Part shown: positions 44,329 through 53,600 of the stretch, piece by piece | Numbering within the stretch: the stretch's first letter is position 1 | Layout: every line of letters begins with the position of its first letter | DNA from: an uncultured Pseudomonadota bacterium | GTDB taxonomy: Bacteria; Vulcanimicrobiota; Vulcanimicrobiia; Eremiobacterales; Eremiobacteraceae | Length of the DNA stretch: 64,000 bases | Assembly: GCA_963736005.1 (NCBI GenBank) | Contig: CAVTNB010000001.1 | Location: forward strand, 1,184,001-1,248,000 | Direction: 5' to 3' | Program-made: the position numbers and the translations under genes | Notes under the pieces: generated by a model | What the model was told of the DNA's origin: nothing | The model's database searches: none | What the model saw: only the letters and a program-made list of their open reading frames with translations

Positions 44329-44388
44329 CACCTAAAGTCTTAGGTGGCGTATGCACCGTAGTCTACATCACCTGCACAGGGCTGTCAA
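44329..44388 (-). promoter_or_regulatory. sigma70 promoter and palindromic operator of the blaI operon
   Basis: TTGACA (44388-44383), 17 nt, TAGACT (44365-44360); palindrome CACCTAA-N4-TTAGGTG (44329-44346). Confidence 0.75.
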
Positions 44389-44409
44389 GCGAATCCTTCC
44401 TGAAAAGAA

Positions 44410-46077
44410 TTAGATTTGCAAAGCCCAGGTGTTCCAAAAGGGTGAGCCCACGTGGGCTGGCTTGAAGTTTCTTAAGTCAGTATTAATGGCGTAATCATAG
44501 GTATCGAACCAAAGCGGGATGACGGGAACTTTGTCGGCTAAGATATCCTGAACGCGGTCGTATGCCGCCTTTCTGACCGTCAACACGTTGCTGGCGAGCG
44601 CTGCCTCCTCGGCGGCATCGAGCGAAGGATCGCAGAAGCGATAAACGTTTTCGCCACGTGGGGGCAACCAGCGGCATTCAAAAAGCACCGAATCATCTGG
44701 ATCGACACCGTTTGCGAAGCCCTCAAGGACCACGTCGAAATGGCCGCTCAACTCAATCCCGCCCTCGGACGCTGGAGCGAAGAGAATGTCTGATGGATAC
44801 GATTTGATCTCGGTATCAATGCCGACTTGCCGCCACTCCTGCTGGAGCAGTTCGCGCGCCATCATCGAAACAGAGTCGCCTGCGATTCCCGAGAGTCCAA
44901 GACGCAGCGGCGTTCCATTGCGGTAGCGCAGCCATCCGGACCAAGATGCCAGCCAGCAGCGTCAAGCAGTCTCGCCGCCCGGGCGGGGTCGTAGTGATAG
45001 TGCATGACCTTGTTGTTGCGCGCCCACAAGAACGGAGGTTGATCGGTATCCGTCAAGATATCGGAAGCGTTGGTGACCTTAGCGAGCAAGGTTTGCTTGT
45101 CGCTCGCGTACGCAAGCGCTTGACGAACGCGAACGTCAGACAAAGTCGGGTTTGCAAGATTCAATCCGAGATCGTTGTATCGCGTGAAAGGCGATGAGAC
45201 AATCGTGATTCCCGCAATGTGATGCAATGTTCGAGTGATCTCGTGAGGGACTCGGTAGTACATATCGATCTCGTGCGTCTTGATCAACGTGGCGAGCGTA
45301 TTGTCGCTTGGAATGATGCGAATATCGACTTCCTTCAACGCGGGCCTCCCGCGCCAATAGCGATCGTTCGCGACGAGTCGAATGTGGTTGTCCGGCTCGT
45401 ACTGCGAAACACGATAAGGCCCGGTGCCAACCGGCATGATATTGTAACTCGCGTGCATGATGTTCGGATACCGCGCCAGCAGGTGCGCCGGCAGAACGCA
45501 GTAGGCATAAGCGGCTACCGGGCTCAGAAACGTCGCCACAAACGGCGCGTAGGGGCGGCTCAAGTGGATCACGATGCTGTGCGCGTTTTGTTTTGTGATC
45601 GACTGGATGAGTTCATAACCGACGCGGCTTGGAACGGGATTGTTCGGGTTCATCACCGCATGCCACGTAAAGATAACGTCGTCTGCAGTAAACGGAGCGC
45701 CGTCTTGCCAGACAACCCCGTCGCGCAAACGATATGTTATCGTCCGCCCGTCCCTGCTGATGCCCCCATTTTGCAAGCTTGGAACGTCAGCCGAAAGTTC
45801 GGGAATAAACTGGCCTCGATCGTCGTGCCCGATCAGATACCCGGCCCAAAACATGGATATGTCGACGTCGACCGCTTGCTGCCCCAGAACTGTATTCAGA
45901 TTATCGGGCTCTTGCGCCATGCCCAGCCGCAAGACGCCGGGATCGTCCACGCATTGCCGGAGCCCGCGGAGATCTGGGATGAGATTTTCGTGCACCCGAC
46001 TGAAACGAAGATACCCACGACCATGGACACAACCAGGGCCGCGTTACCAACGTCGCAAGTTTGACATGGAGGAGCAT
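44410..46077 (-). CDS. ABC transporter peptide-binding lipoprotein (SBP family 5; frameshifts ~45940 and ~44931)
   Basis: Lipobox SVGC in an upstream frame; QEPDNLN, TYRLRDGVVWQDGAPFTADDV, PVGTGPY, RVRQAL, YDPARAARLLDAAGW; C-terminal ORF 44410-44865. Start uncertain. Confidence 0.85.
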
Positions 46078-46155
46078 TCCCGTGGGATTAGCAGAAGCCA
46101 TCGTGGCAGCGGATCAAAAACAAACTAGGATTAGTCTTGATGTCAATCGCCTAAT

Positions 46156-46190
46156 AAAAAGGGACACCGTCTTTTTTTGGTGTCCCTTTG
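46156..46190 (-). terminator. Intrinsic terminator
   Basis: 11-bp stem AAAGGGACACC/GGTGTCCCTTT with a T-tract on the minus strand. Confidence 0.75.
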
Positions 46191-46206
46191 TCATTCGTTG
46201 TGTTTT

Positions 46207-46557
46207 CTAATAGATTGCCGTCGCGTAGAAGTTCCCCTGGCGCCAGTAACCGTAGGCAACGATCATCCGGCCTACCGCCACCTTACCGGTTTGTTTGGCA
46301 TCGAGCGCGGGCTGGTCGTTGATCACGAGCGTACGCGTGGCCTGTTGCAGCGTGACCAGATGGCCCGCTACGACGGTGATCGTTCCGGTGACGGTATCGT
46401 GTCGAAGATCGCCGGTATCAGGCGGACAGTTGCCATTGGGCACCCACACGTCATTCACCCAGGTTCCGCACGAAGTATCGATGTACGGCGGCACATCTGC
46501 AAATGCGGGGGCGGCCCCGAACAGCAGAACCACAAGCAAAGCGTAGAAATGTTTCAC
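46207..46557 (-). CDS. Small exported hypothetical protein
   Basis: Strong RBS AGGAGG; signal peptide ending APAFA; Cys pair; beta-rich C-terminus. Confidence 0.7.
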   Translation of the reverse strand: MKHFYALLVVLLFGAAPAFADVPPYIDTSCGTWVNDVWVPNGNCPPDTGDLRHDTVTGTITVVAGHLVTLQQATRTLVINDQPALDAKQTGKVAVGRMIVAYGYWRQGNFYATAIY

Positions 46558-46671
46558 GAAGCTACCTCCTTCCTAATGTCAGTTATACCCTCAAAGCACT
46601 CTGATATCACCGACCGAGTCATCTTTTCTGGGCGGCTTTCGGCGGCTGGGACAACTCTGGGGCGGGCGGGT

Positions 46672-47899
46672 CTACTGCTTTTCGGCTGCTTTGATTGACG
46701 CGTAAACTTTTGAGAAGAGTTGCGGGAGTTTGCTTTCCTTTTCTATGGGCCGGCTATTTGCAAATAACGCCACGATGAGGTCTGAATCCGGAAAGTAGAG
46801 ATGGGCAGCGCGAAAGCCCAGCGTCTCACCTTGATAGAACCAAAACGTGCCAAGCGTCGGATCAAATCGCTCGGCGACGCCCAGGCCGAAGCCGGATGGA
46901 TCGTCCGCGGTTGGCTTGGGCAGCGGCTTCGCCGTCTTGGTCGAGATCAAGCTCAGCAGTTCTCTCTTCTGTTTTTCGGGCAACAATGTCGTTCCCTGAT
47001 ACAGCGCTCGTACCCAAACGGTAAGGTCCTCGGGTGTCGAGACGATTGAGCCTGCGCCTTGCGCCCACGACAAGCTATTGCCACTCATGTTCTTGCCGAT
47101 GAACCCGTCGAAGCCGGGATCGTCGTTTTCGTAGTACCCAGCAACAACCCGCTCCGCGACCGACTTTGGATAGAGATGCGACGTGTAGTACGTATGCTTG
47201 AGACCGACGCTCGAGATGATGCGCGCGATTTCCGTTGCGAAGTTTCCACTCTTGCTGCGCGCGGCGACGACCTCTTGAGCCAGAAGATAACCCGTGTTCG
47301 AGTACGAGTACTGCGTTGCGGGCGTCGACTTGAACTTTGGATACACGAGCCGGATGAGCGTGTCCGACGGCACGTTTGCCATGGGGTCGTTCACATACAT
47401 GCGCTCCCAAGCGGGCAGGTTGTCGTACGATTCGATCCCACCGGTCATGTTCAGCAGTTTGCGAAGCGTCAGCTTATCGTACGCGGGATACTGCGGGAGA
47501 TACATCCCGATGGGGGCGTCGATCGAAAGGCGCCCCTGGGCCTCGAGTTGTAGGACCGCAACGGCCGTAAAGGCCTTCGTGTTGCTCCCGATTTGGTAGA
47601 GATCCGCGGGCGTCGCGGGTCGCCCAGACCCGTAGCGCATCGTCCCCGCTGTGACGTTAATGGCCGGCTGACGCCTTGCCCAAGCTCACGGAAAGCGAGA
47701 GCGCCGAGATGTGCTCTTTCGCACCGCGTTCCTTCAGGTAGGCCTCGAGGTCGTGCTGTAAAGCGCTTTTTAGCGCCGCCGTATTCTGAAGCGCCGAAGG
47801 GTTTTAAGCGAGGCTAAAAGATGGTAGACCAAAAACCAACGCCGCCATAGCTGCCATACAGGCGAGCAACACGAAGCGAAACACCAAGCGAAATTGCAT
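46672..47899 (-). CDS. Serine hydrolase, beta-lactamase/D-Ala-D-Ala carboxypeptidase family (in-frame TAA 47804-47806 and frameshift ~47672: pseudogene or error)
   Basis: GSNTK (SxxK), LLNMTGG, YSNTGY, GAGSIVST; signal-like N-terminus from ATG 47899. Confidence 0.85.
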
Positions 47900-47925
47900 C
47901 TTACGCACGCACAGCGTGAACGGGG

Positions 47926-48666
47926 TTAGAGCGACGTTGGCCGAGAAAGTCCGCGACAATCCACGCCGACCCGGCGATCCCGAGCGTCTCCAGCACCTTC
48001 GCTCCAGTTCCCAAAACTATGGGGATCGGCAAAGAGCGCCGGCAGCCATACCAGCAACCCGAAACCCACGAGCATCGCCGTGGTCAATCGAGATGCGAGC
48101 AACGCCATGAGCCCCGTGAGGAGAGCGATAGCGGCAAGGGCAAACGCGGCGGTGGTTGCTATCGCCCAGAACATTTGTCCAGGCGGAATCCATTTCGGAA
48201 CAAGACTTGCTGTTTCAGAGAGATAGAAAAGCTGTTCCAGCGCGAACGAGAGAACACAAATACCGAACGAGTAGCACCCGATCTGAGCCAATCTTGCCGT
48301 TCGAGCCGAGGCGATTGAACCGGAACATGCATACAGGATCAAGGCCCCCGAGACGAATGAGAATTGTTCGAAGAAGTTGCCAAAGCCATTGTAGACGAGC
48401 GGATGCTCGATGATGAGCGGTACCCCCAGCAAGGCGAAGGTGAAGTAGATTGCACCCAGTACGACAGCGCCGGCTCGGGCCGTTCTCGACCATTGCACGG
48501 CTACGCCTCCAAGGATTTCGATGGTGCCCACGATGTAGGTGAGAATCTCGCGGTGAGGAAGCGCCTGGATCTGCTGCCAATTGCTGACGTCGTGCCACGC
48601 CAAAGTAATGATACCGGACCCAATCGCCGCCAAGCCATAGACGTAACGCCCTACAGAATGTTTCAT
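47926..48666 (-). CDS. DoxX-like membrane protein (probable frameshift near C-terminus)
   Basis: ~7 TM helices; LVPKWIPPGQMFWA; RLTTAMLVGFGLLVWLP. Confidence 0.65.
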   Translation of the reverse strand: MKHSVGRYVYGLAAIGSGIITLAWHDVSNWQQIQALPHREILTYIVGTIEILGGVAVQWSRTARAGAVVLGAIYFTFALLGVPLIIEHPLVYNGFGNFFEQFSFVSGALILYACSGSIASARTARLAQIGCYSFGICVLSFALEQLFYLSETASLVPKWIPPGQMFWAIATTAAFALAAIALLTGLMALLASRLTTAMLVGFGLLVWLPALFADPHSFGNWSEGAGDARDRRVGVDCRGLSRPTSL

Positions 48667-48714
48667 TGCAGCGCCTTAGCCGGAATTAGTGCAGATACCT
48701 TATTTCATCAGCGT

Positions 48715-48801
48715 GGAGGGGTGGCAGAGCGGTTGAATGCGACGGTCTTGAAAACCGTTAGGGGCGCAAGTCCCTCGTGAGTTCGAATCTCACCCCCTCC
48801 G
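48715..48801 (+). tRNA. tRNA-Ser(UGA)
   Basis: Acceptor stem GGAGGGG/CCCCTCC, anticodon arm ACGGT-CTTGAAA-ACCGT, long variable arm, T arm GTGAG-TTCGAAT-CTCAC, discriminator G; CCA not encoded. Confidence 0.97.
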
Positions 48802-48811
48802 AAATTTTGTG

Positions 48812-49084
48812 ATGGCTCGTCTTCACATCATCATACGCGGCCGAGTTCAGGGCGTCTTCTTCCGCACGAGCGCACAGGAACTGGCAGAGGAGTTAGGATT
48901 GGCGGGTTGGGTTCGCAATCGCCCAGACGGCGCGGTGGAAATCGTGGCCGAGGGCGAGGTTGATCCACTCGCCCGATTGCGTGCCTGGGCTGCTCGCGGT
49001 CCCTCCGGCGCGTTCGTGCAAACCGTTCAAGAAATTTCAGAACCCTCAACCGGCGAGTTTGTGAGATTCGGCGTTCGCGGCTAA
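48812..49084 (+). CDS. acyP: Acylphosphatase
   Basis: GRVQGVFFR, GWVRNRPDGAVE. Confidence 0.95.
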   Translation: MARLHIIIRGRVQGVFFRTSAQELAEELGLAGWVRNRPDGAVEIVAEGEVDPLARLRAWAARGPSGAFVQTVQEISEPSTGEFVRFGVRG

Positions 49085-49674
49085 GTCTTCTCGAATCGCT
49101 CGTAGTCTTGTTGCGTATCGACGTCCGCGAAGGCCTTTGACTGGGCGGCTTCGACAAATTCGACGCGAGGAGCGTGTTGCAATGCGTATTGCTTTGCTCC
49201 TGCATCTCCGTGCAGCCCCTGCAGCGCATGAAAATCCGATTGCGGGAAGAGCATTGGTGAGCCCCACACATCGTTCGACCGCAAAGCAACCATTGACGTT
49301 CGTCGCTCCATGAAGCGGCGAATAAGCTGGTCGAGGTCGACAGCATTGACAAATGGCTGATCGGCCACCATGAAGATACATGCGTCATCGTCGAGATGTT
49401 GTGCGAGTCCCGCTCGAAGAGAACTGGCAATTCCCTCGCGCCAGTCTGGGTTGTCCACGACAGCACAACGACGGCTGTCAACTGATTGCAGAATCTCCTC
49501 GGCATGAGCGCCAACTACGAGTGTGCAGCTCGAAGCCAGTGATTGGGCAGCGGCGTCGATGGCATGCTGCACCAGCGACTTGCCGGCAACCGGCACAAGC
49601 AATTTTGAGTCGCCGGTTCCGAAGCGGTGGCTTTGACCTGCAGCCAAGACCACGCAGCCAACCCTTGGGTTCAA
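49081..49674 (-). CDS. Molybdenum cofactor cytidylyltransferase-like nucleotidyltransferase (MocA/YgfJ family)
   Basis: LAAGQSHRFG..KLL, NPDWREGIASSLRAG, ADQP, GDAGAK, DVDT. Confidence 0.85.
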   Translation of the reverse strand: MNPRVGCVVLAAGQSHRFGTGDSKLLVPVAGKSLVQHAIDAAAQSLASSCTLVVGAHAEEILQSVDSRRCAVVDNPDWREGIASSLRAGLAQHLDDDACIFMVADQPFVNAVDLDQLIRRFMERRTSMVALRSNDVWGSPMLFPQSDFHALQGLHGDAGAKQYALQHAPRVEFVEAAQSKAFADVDTQQDYERFEKT

Positions 49675-49689
49675 GCGATTAGCTCCCTC

Positions 49690-49789
49690 GTCGCGAATAA
49701 ATTCGCGACACTACATTGCGCGAATAAATTCGCGACACTACATTTCGCGAATAAATTCGCGTGGGGCGATTTGCCAATCGCCCCCTACA
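49690..49789 (-). repeat. Composite REP array: three family B units (27-bp period) fused to one family C REP
   Basis: Units containing CGCGAATAAATTCGCG start at 49691, 49718 and 49745; TGGGGCGATTTGCCAATCGCCCCCTACA at 49762-49789. Confidence 0.9.
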
Positions 49790-49790
49790 T

Positions 49791-50579
49791 CTACCTATAA
49801 GGACGGAGTACGGCCAGCATTGCCTCGTGGATCTTGCCGTTTGACGCCACAAGCTGCGCTCGATCAACGCTCGCCGGCTGCCCGCTATAGTCGCTGACTT
49901 TGCCGCCCGCCTCGCTCACGATAAGCATTCCCGCGGCCACGTCCCACGCGTGAAGCCCAGGCTCCCAAAAGCCGTCGAATCTGCCCGCGGCAACGTAGCA
50001 GAGATCCAGCGCCGCTGAACCGTCTCTGCGGATCGCCTGCGCACTTCTCGTAAAGTCCCCAAAAGGCTTCAGATTGCTTGCGGGATCATCTACCCGATAA
50101 GCCGGAAAGCCAGTGACCAAGAGCGCATCGCCCAGTTGGTCTTGGTCTGACACGCGAAGCGCCGCGCCGTTGCACTGGGCGCCACCACCGCGCTGGGCAA
50201 GGTACTCCTCATTCGCCAAGGGATCGTAGATGACTGCGGATTCAACGATCCCATCGCGCTCGATCGCAATGGAAACGCAAAAGCAGCGGTAACCGTGCGC
50301 GTAGTTGGTGGTACCATCGAGCGGGTCGACGATCCATCGGCAGCTGGCATCATTTCCAGTCAAGCCGGCCTCTTCGCCCAGCACAACGTCCTCCGGAAAT
50401 AAACTTGCAATAAGAGATCGGATCAATGCTTCGCTCTGCGTGTCCGCCTCGGTCACAAGGTTTGTGCGCACGTCTTTGGCCCGCACGCCGATGTGCGTCC
50501 CCAACTTGGCCCGCAGCAGTGCACCGGCCTCGCGTGCAGCTCGGCGTGCAAGGGCAAAGCGCTCTGCGTCCACGGTCAT
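49791..50579 (-). CDS. suhB: Inositol monophosphatase family protein
   Basis: LVTEAD, WIVDPLDGTTNYAHG, GSAALDLCYVAAGRFDG, WDVAAG. Confidence 0.93.
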   Translation of the reverse strand: MTVDAERFALARRAAREAGALLRAKLGTHIGVRAKDVRTNLVTEADTQSEALIRSLIASLFPEDVVLGEEAGLTGNDASCRWIVDPLDGTTNYAHGYRCFCVSIAIERDGIVESAVIYDPLANEEYLAQRGGGAQCNGAALRVSDQDQLGDALLVTGFPAYRVDDPASNLKPFGDFTRSAQAIRRDGSAALDLCYVAAGRFDGFWEPGLHAWDVAAGMLIVSEAGGKVSDYSGQPASVDRAQLVASNGKIHEAMLAVLRPYR

Positions 50580-50702
50580 GTGTCCGCTGCTCAGCGGTGG
50601 GCTGCGCGGTATTCATAGGCGCGAGCCCTGGCAGAGGCTTTCTTCGGTGCGGTTTTCAATGTGGTTGCCATGGCGTTCTCCGTTTGATGCCAGAAAGAGT
50701 GG

Positions 50703-51452
50703 GTGAGCTTCGTGCCTGACGCAATTCGAATCGTTCCTATAAAACTCCCCGACGGGCAGCGCGATGCGCCAACAACGGTTTCTCTCACCTACCGCGGCGG
50801 TTCAATGCTGACCTCCGTTTCAGTCTTCAGCGTTTTTTGGGGATCGCAATGGAATCAGGCACCACTTGTGACCCTCATGCAGACGATGAACAGCTTCTTC
50901 GATTATATCGTGACGAGCGCACTCTTGGATCAACTCGCCGAATACAGCGTCCAAGGCTTGGCTATCGGCCGCGGTACCCATGTTGGTTCGACGGTCGTCG
51001 CCACCCCCGCACCCCCAAGCGCCTCGGTGAGCGATGCTGCTATCCAACAATTGCTCAACGATCAGATCTCTTCCAACAGTGCCTTTGTCAAGCCGACCCC
51101 CAACACGCTCTACGCGCTGTTTCTGCCGCCAAATGTGGCGGTGACGCAAGGCGGCGCAAGTTCCTGTCAGGGGTTTTGCGGATATCACGACTCGTTTGGG
51201 ACCGCCCGTTACTATGCCGTGCTGCCGTATCTGGGTTGCGCGGGTTGCTCAAGTGGATATTCGATTGAAGATGCGACGACGATCGTGGCCTCGCACGAAC
51301 TATCGGAATCCATCACCGACCCAATCCCTGGCAAGGGTTGGTACGACGATCAAAACGGCGAGATTGGCGACATGTGCGCGTGGCAGACGAAGAAACTTGG
51401 CTCATTCACCGTTCAACTTGAGTGGTCGAACAAGGCGGGGAAGTGCCTATAA
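50703..51452 (+). CDS. Phosphate-induced protein 1 / EXORDIUM-like hypothetical protein
   Basis: LTYRGG, FCGYH, SHELSESITDP..GWYD..GEIGDMC. Confidence 0.6.
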   Translation: MSFVPDAIRIVPIKLPDGQRDAPTTVSLTYRGGSMLTSVSVFSVFWGSQWNQAPLVTLMQTMNSFFDYIVTSALLDQLAEYSVQGLAIGRGTHVGSTVVATPAPPSASVSDAAIQQLLNDQISSNSAFVKPTPNTLYALFLPPNVAVTQGGASSCQGFCGYHDSFGTARYYAVLPYLGCAGCSSGYSIEDATTIVASHELSESITDPIPGKGWYDDQNGEIGDMCAWQTKKLGSFTVQLEWSNKAGKCL

Positions 51453-52790
51453 CCTAAACAGGCGGGCGAGGGTGGGGAGTCCTTCTGCATACGTTGGGTG
51501 GATGTGCACGGATGCGTCGAGTAAATGCCAGGTGGATCGTGCTTCCATGTGCGCCAAGATCACATGGACGAGTTCTCCGGTTTCATAACCGACGAGGGTT
51601 GCGCCGATGATCCGATCGTCCGCATCCACGAGGAGACGGTAAAAGCCGAGATCTTGACCCCACTCGATCGCCCGAGCGATGCGATCCATGCCGAGCGTCA
51701 CCGACCGCGCCTTGATGCCACCCGCTCGCGCTTGTGCGTCGTCCAAGCCGACCCGGGCTATCTGTGGTTCGGTAAACGTCGTGTACCCGAGCACGCGATC
51801 ATTTCGGGTCCGGTCCCCACCTGCGAGAATCGAGGTGAGCCTGCGGTAGTCTTCCCACGACACATGCGTGAACTGCGGCTGACCGGCCACGTCGGCAATC
51901 GCGTAAACGCCTTCACATGACGTGCGGAACTGGTCGTCGATCGCCACGTACCCGCGCGGATCGAGTTTGATACCGCTCGCTGCGACGTTAAGTTGCGCCG
52001 TGTTCGGCGTCCTGCCAACGGCAACAAGCAGTGCATCGCCTTCCAGTGTTTCAGCGTTATCAAGTGTTAGAGTGAAGCCGCTCTCATAGTGTACGCCGGT
52101 GACTTTCCGGGTTAAATGCAGCTTCATCCCGTCGCGCAACAAACTTGTCTGCAACGCCTCGCTTGCGTCTGCTGCTTCGCGTGCGAGCACGCGCGAATTC
52201 GTGTCGATGACGTGAACCTCGCTGCCAAGTCGTGCCATTCCCTGACCGAGTTCCAATCCGATGTACCCTGCGCCCAAAACGAGCAAGCGTTTTGGCTGCA
52301 CTTGCAAGTCAAAGATGTTATGGTTGGTCAGATATGGAGTGCCAGCTAGACCCGAAATGTTCGGCACAAGGGCCGTGGTGCCAGTGTCGATGACGACGAT
52401 CGGCGCGCTGACGGTGACCTCACCCGCAGTGACGGTCCGGACTCCCGAGAACGATGCGCTCGCGCGCACAATCTCTACTTTTGCGTCGGCGAGCCTGGAC
52501 TCGACGTCCTTTTCGAAACGGTCGCGAATTTTGCGCACGCGATTCATCACCGCCGGAAAGTCGACGGTCACCGATGCGCTGACACCGAGCGGGGACATAA
52601 GACGCGCGCGGCCCGCACTGTGTGCAGCAGCGAGGAAAGCCTTGGAAGGCGTGCACCCGTAGTTGATGCACGAGCCGCCAAACCGGTCGCGCTCGAAGAG
52701 CACGACCCGCTTGCCGGCCTTTGCCAGATCGACGGCGAGCGGAACTCCTCCCTGACCGCTTCCAATGACAATTGCGTCAACATTCTTCAT
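51447..52790 (-). CDS. Class I pyridine nucleotide-disulfide oxidoreductase
   Basis: GSGQGG, GGSCINYGCTPSK, GAGYIG, HPTYAE. Confidence 0.92.
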   Translation of the reverse strand: MKNVDAIVIGSGQGGVPLAVDLAKAGKRVVLFERDRFGGSCINYGCTPSKAFLAAAHSAGRARLMSPLGVSASVTVDFPAVMNRVRKIRDRFEKDVESRLADAKVEIVRASASFSGVRTVTAGEVTVSAPIVVIDTGTTALVPNISGLAGTPYLTNHNIFDLQVQPKRLLVLGAGYIGLELGQGMARLGSEVHVIDTNSRVLAREAADASEALQTSLLRDGMKLHLTRKVTGVHYESGFTLTLDNAETLEGDALLVAVGRTPNTAQLNVAASGIKLDPRGYVAIDDQFRTSCEGVYAIADVAGQPQFTHVSWEDYRRLTSILAGGDRTRNDRVLGYTTFTEPQIARVGLDDAQARAGGIKARSVTLGMDRIARAIEWGQDLGFYRLLVDADDRIIGATLVGYETGELVHVILAHMEARSTWHLLDASVHIHPTYAEGLPTLARLFRL

Positions 52791-52840
52791 GTTTGAATCT
52801 CCAACGAGCGATTGAATTCGCGCGAAATCGCGCTATCAAA

Positions 52841-52868
52841 TGGGGCGATTTTCCAATCGCCCCCTACA
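52841..52868 (-). repeat. REP family C copy (supplies the TAG stop of the HAD gene)
   Basis: TGGGGCGATTTTCCAATCGCCCCCTACA. Confidence 0.85.
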
Positions 52869-53544
52869 CGATCAGGTTCAAGATGTCCGAGATGTTCTTC
52901 ACGATCGCCGTTGGCGCCGGCATGGTGGTCGGATATTTTTGCTGTTCTCCATCGAACCAGATTGCGCGCATGCCGGCGCCCAGTGCACCCACGACGTCGT
53001 TGAGTGGGTCGTCCCCTACGTACCAAATATCTTCCGGAGCTCGATCGAAATAATCACGCAGCACGTTGAACGCATGAATGCTCGGCTTGCGCACGCCGAT
53101 GTCATCGCTCACAAAAACGGGTTGCGAAAATCCAATGGCGTCGGCCTTGCGTTGCTGCAGCGGATTCCAGCCGTTGGTGAGAATCGCGTATGGCATGGCA
53201 AGAGCATCAAGCTGCGCGAGCAACTGCTCCGCGCCTGACACCGGCGTCACAAGCTCCTTGACGAGGCCCACCGCACGCTCGCGAAACTCTTCGAATGCAC
53301 CGGTTGGAGCGATCCGACCCGCGATCGCTTCGAATGCTTGATCAAAGGCGTGCGACAGCGAACATCTGCCGGCCCGATAGAACGCGATTTGGCGATCGAT
53401 GATTTCACTCGCTTGTGCGATATCAAGCGTACGACCCGCCGCGACTTCAGTCTCTTGGATCAGCTGGACAAACGCAGTGCGCTCGAGCTTGTGATCCATG
53501 CCTAAGGTATGGTCGAAGTCAAAACCAAGAGCGATGGGCTTCAC
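52864..53544 (-). CDS. HAD family hydrolase
   Basis: FDFDHTL, LTNG, RKP, VGDDPLNDV.GA..AGM. Confidence 0.9.
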   Translation of the reverse strand: MKPIALGFDFDHTLGMDHKLERTAFVQLIQETEVAAGRTLDIAQASEIIDRQIAFYRAGRCSLSHAFDQAFEAIAGRIAPTGAFEEFRERAVGLVKELVTPVSGAEQLLAQLDALAMPYAILTNGWNPLQQRKADAIGFSQPVFVSDDIGVRKPSIHAFNVLRDYFDRAPEDIWYVGDDPLNDVVGALGAGMRAIWFDGEQQKYPTTMPAPTAIVKNISDILNLIV

Positions 53545-53600
53545 GCGCCCCTAACGTTCCCTCAGGATGTGTCCCTTTCCGCGCCGTCGAACGAAGCAAA

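Noticed and set aside
48715..48830. Genomic island integrated at tRNA-Ser
   Set aside because: No integrase was found, no duplicated tRNA 3' end was seen, and ordinary genes follow immediately.
49679..49867. 62-aa ORF with repeated RIYSRNVVS
   Set aside because: It is only the translation of the 27-bp REP tandem, and it overlaps suhB.
51447..52790. Mercuric reductase MerA
   Set aside because: It lacks the C-terminal Cys-Cys pair and the NmerA domain, and there are no mer genes nearby.
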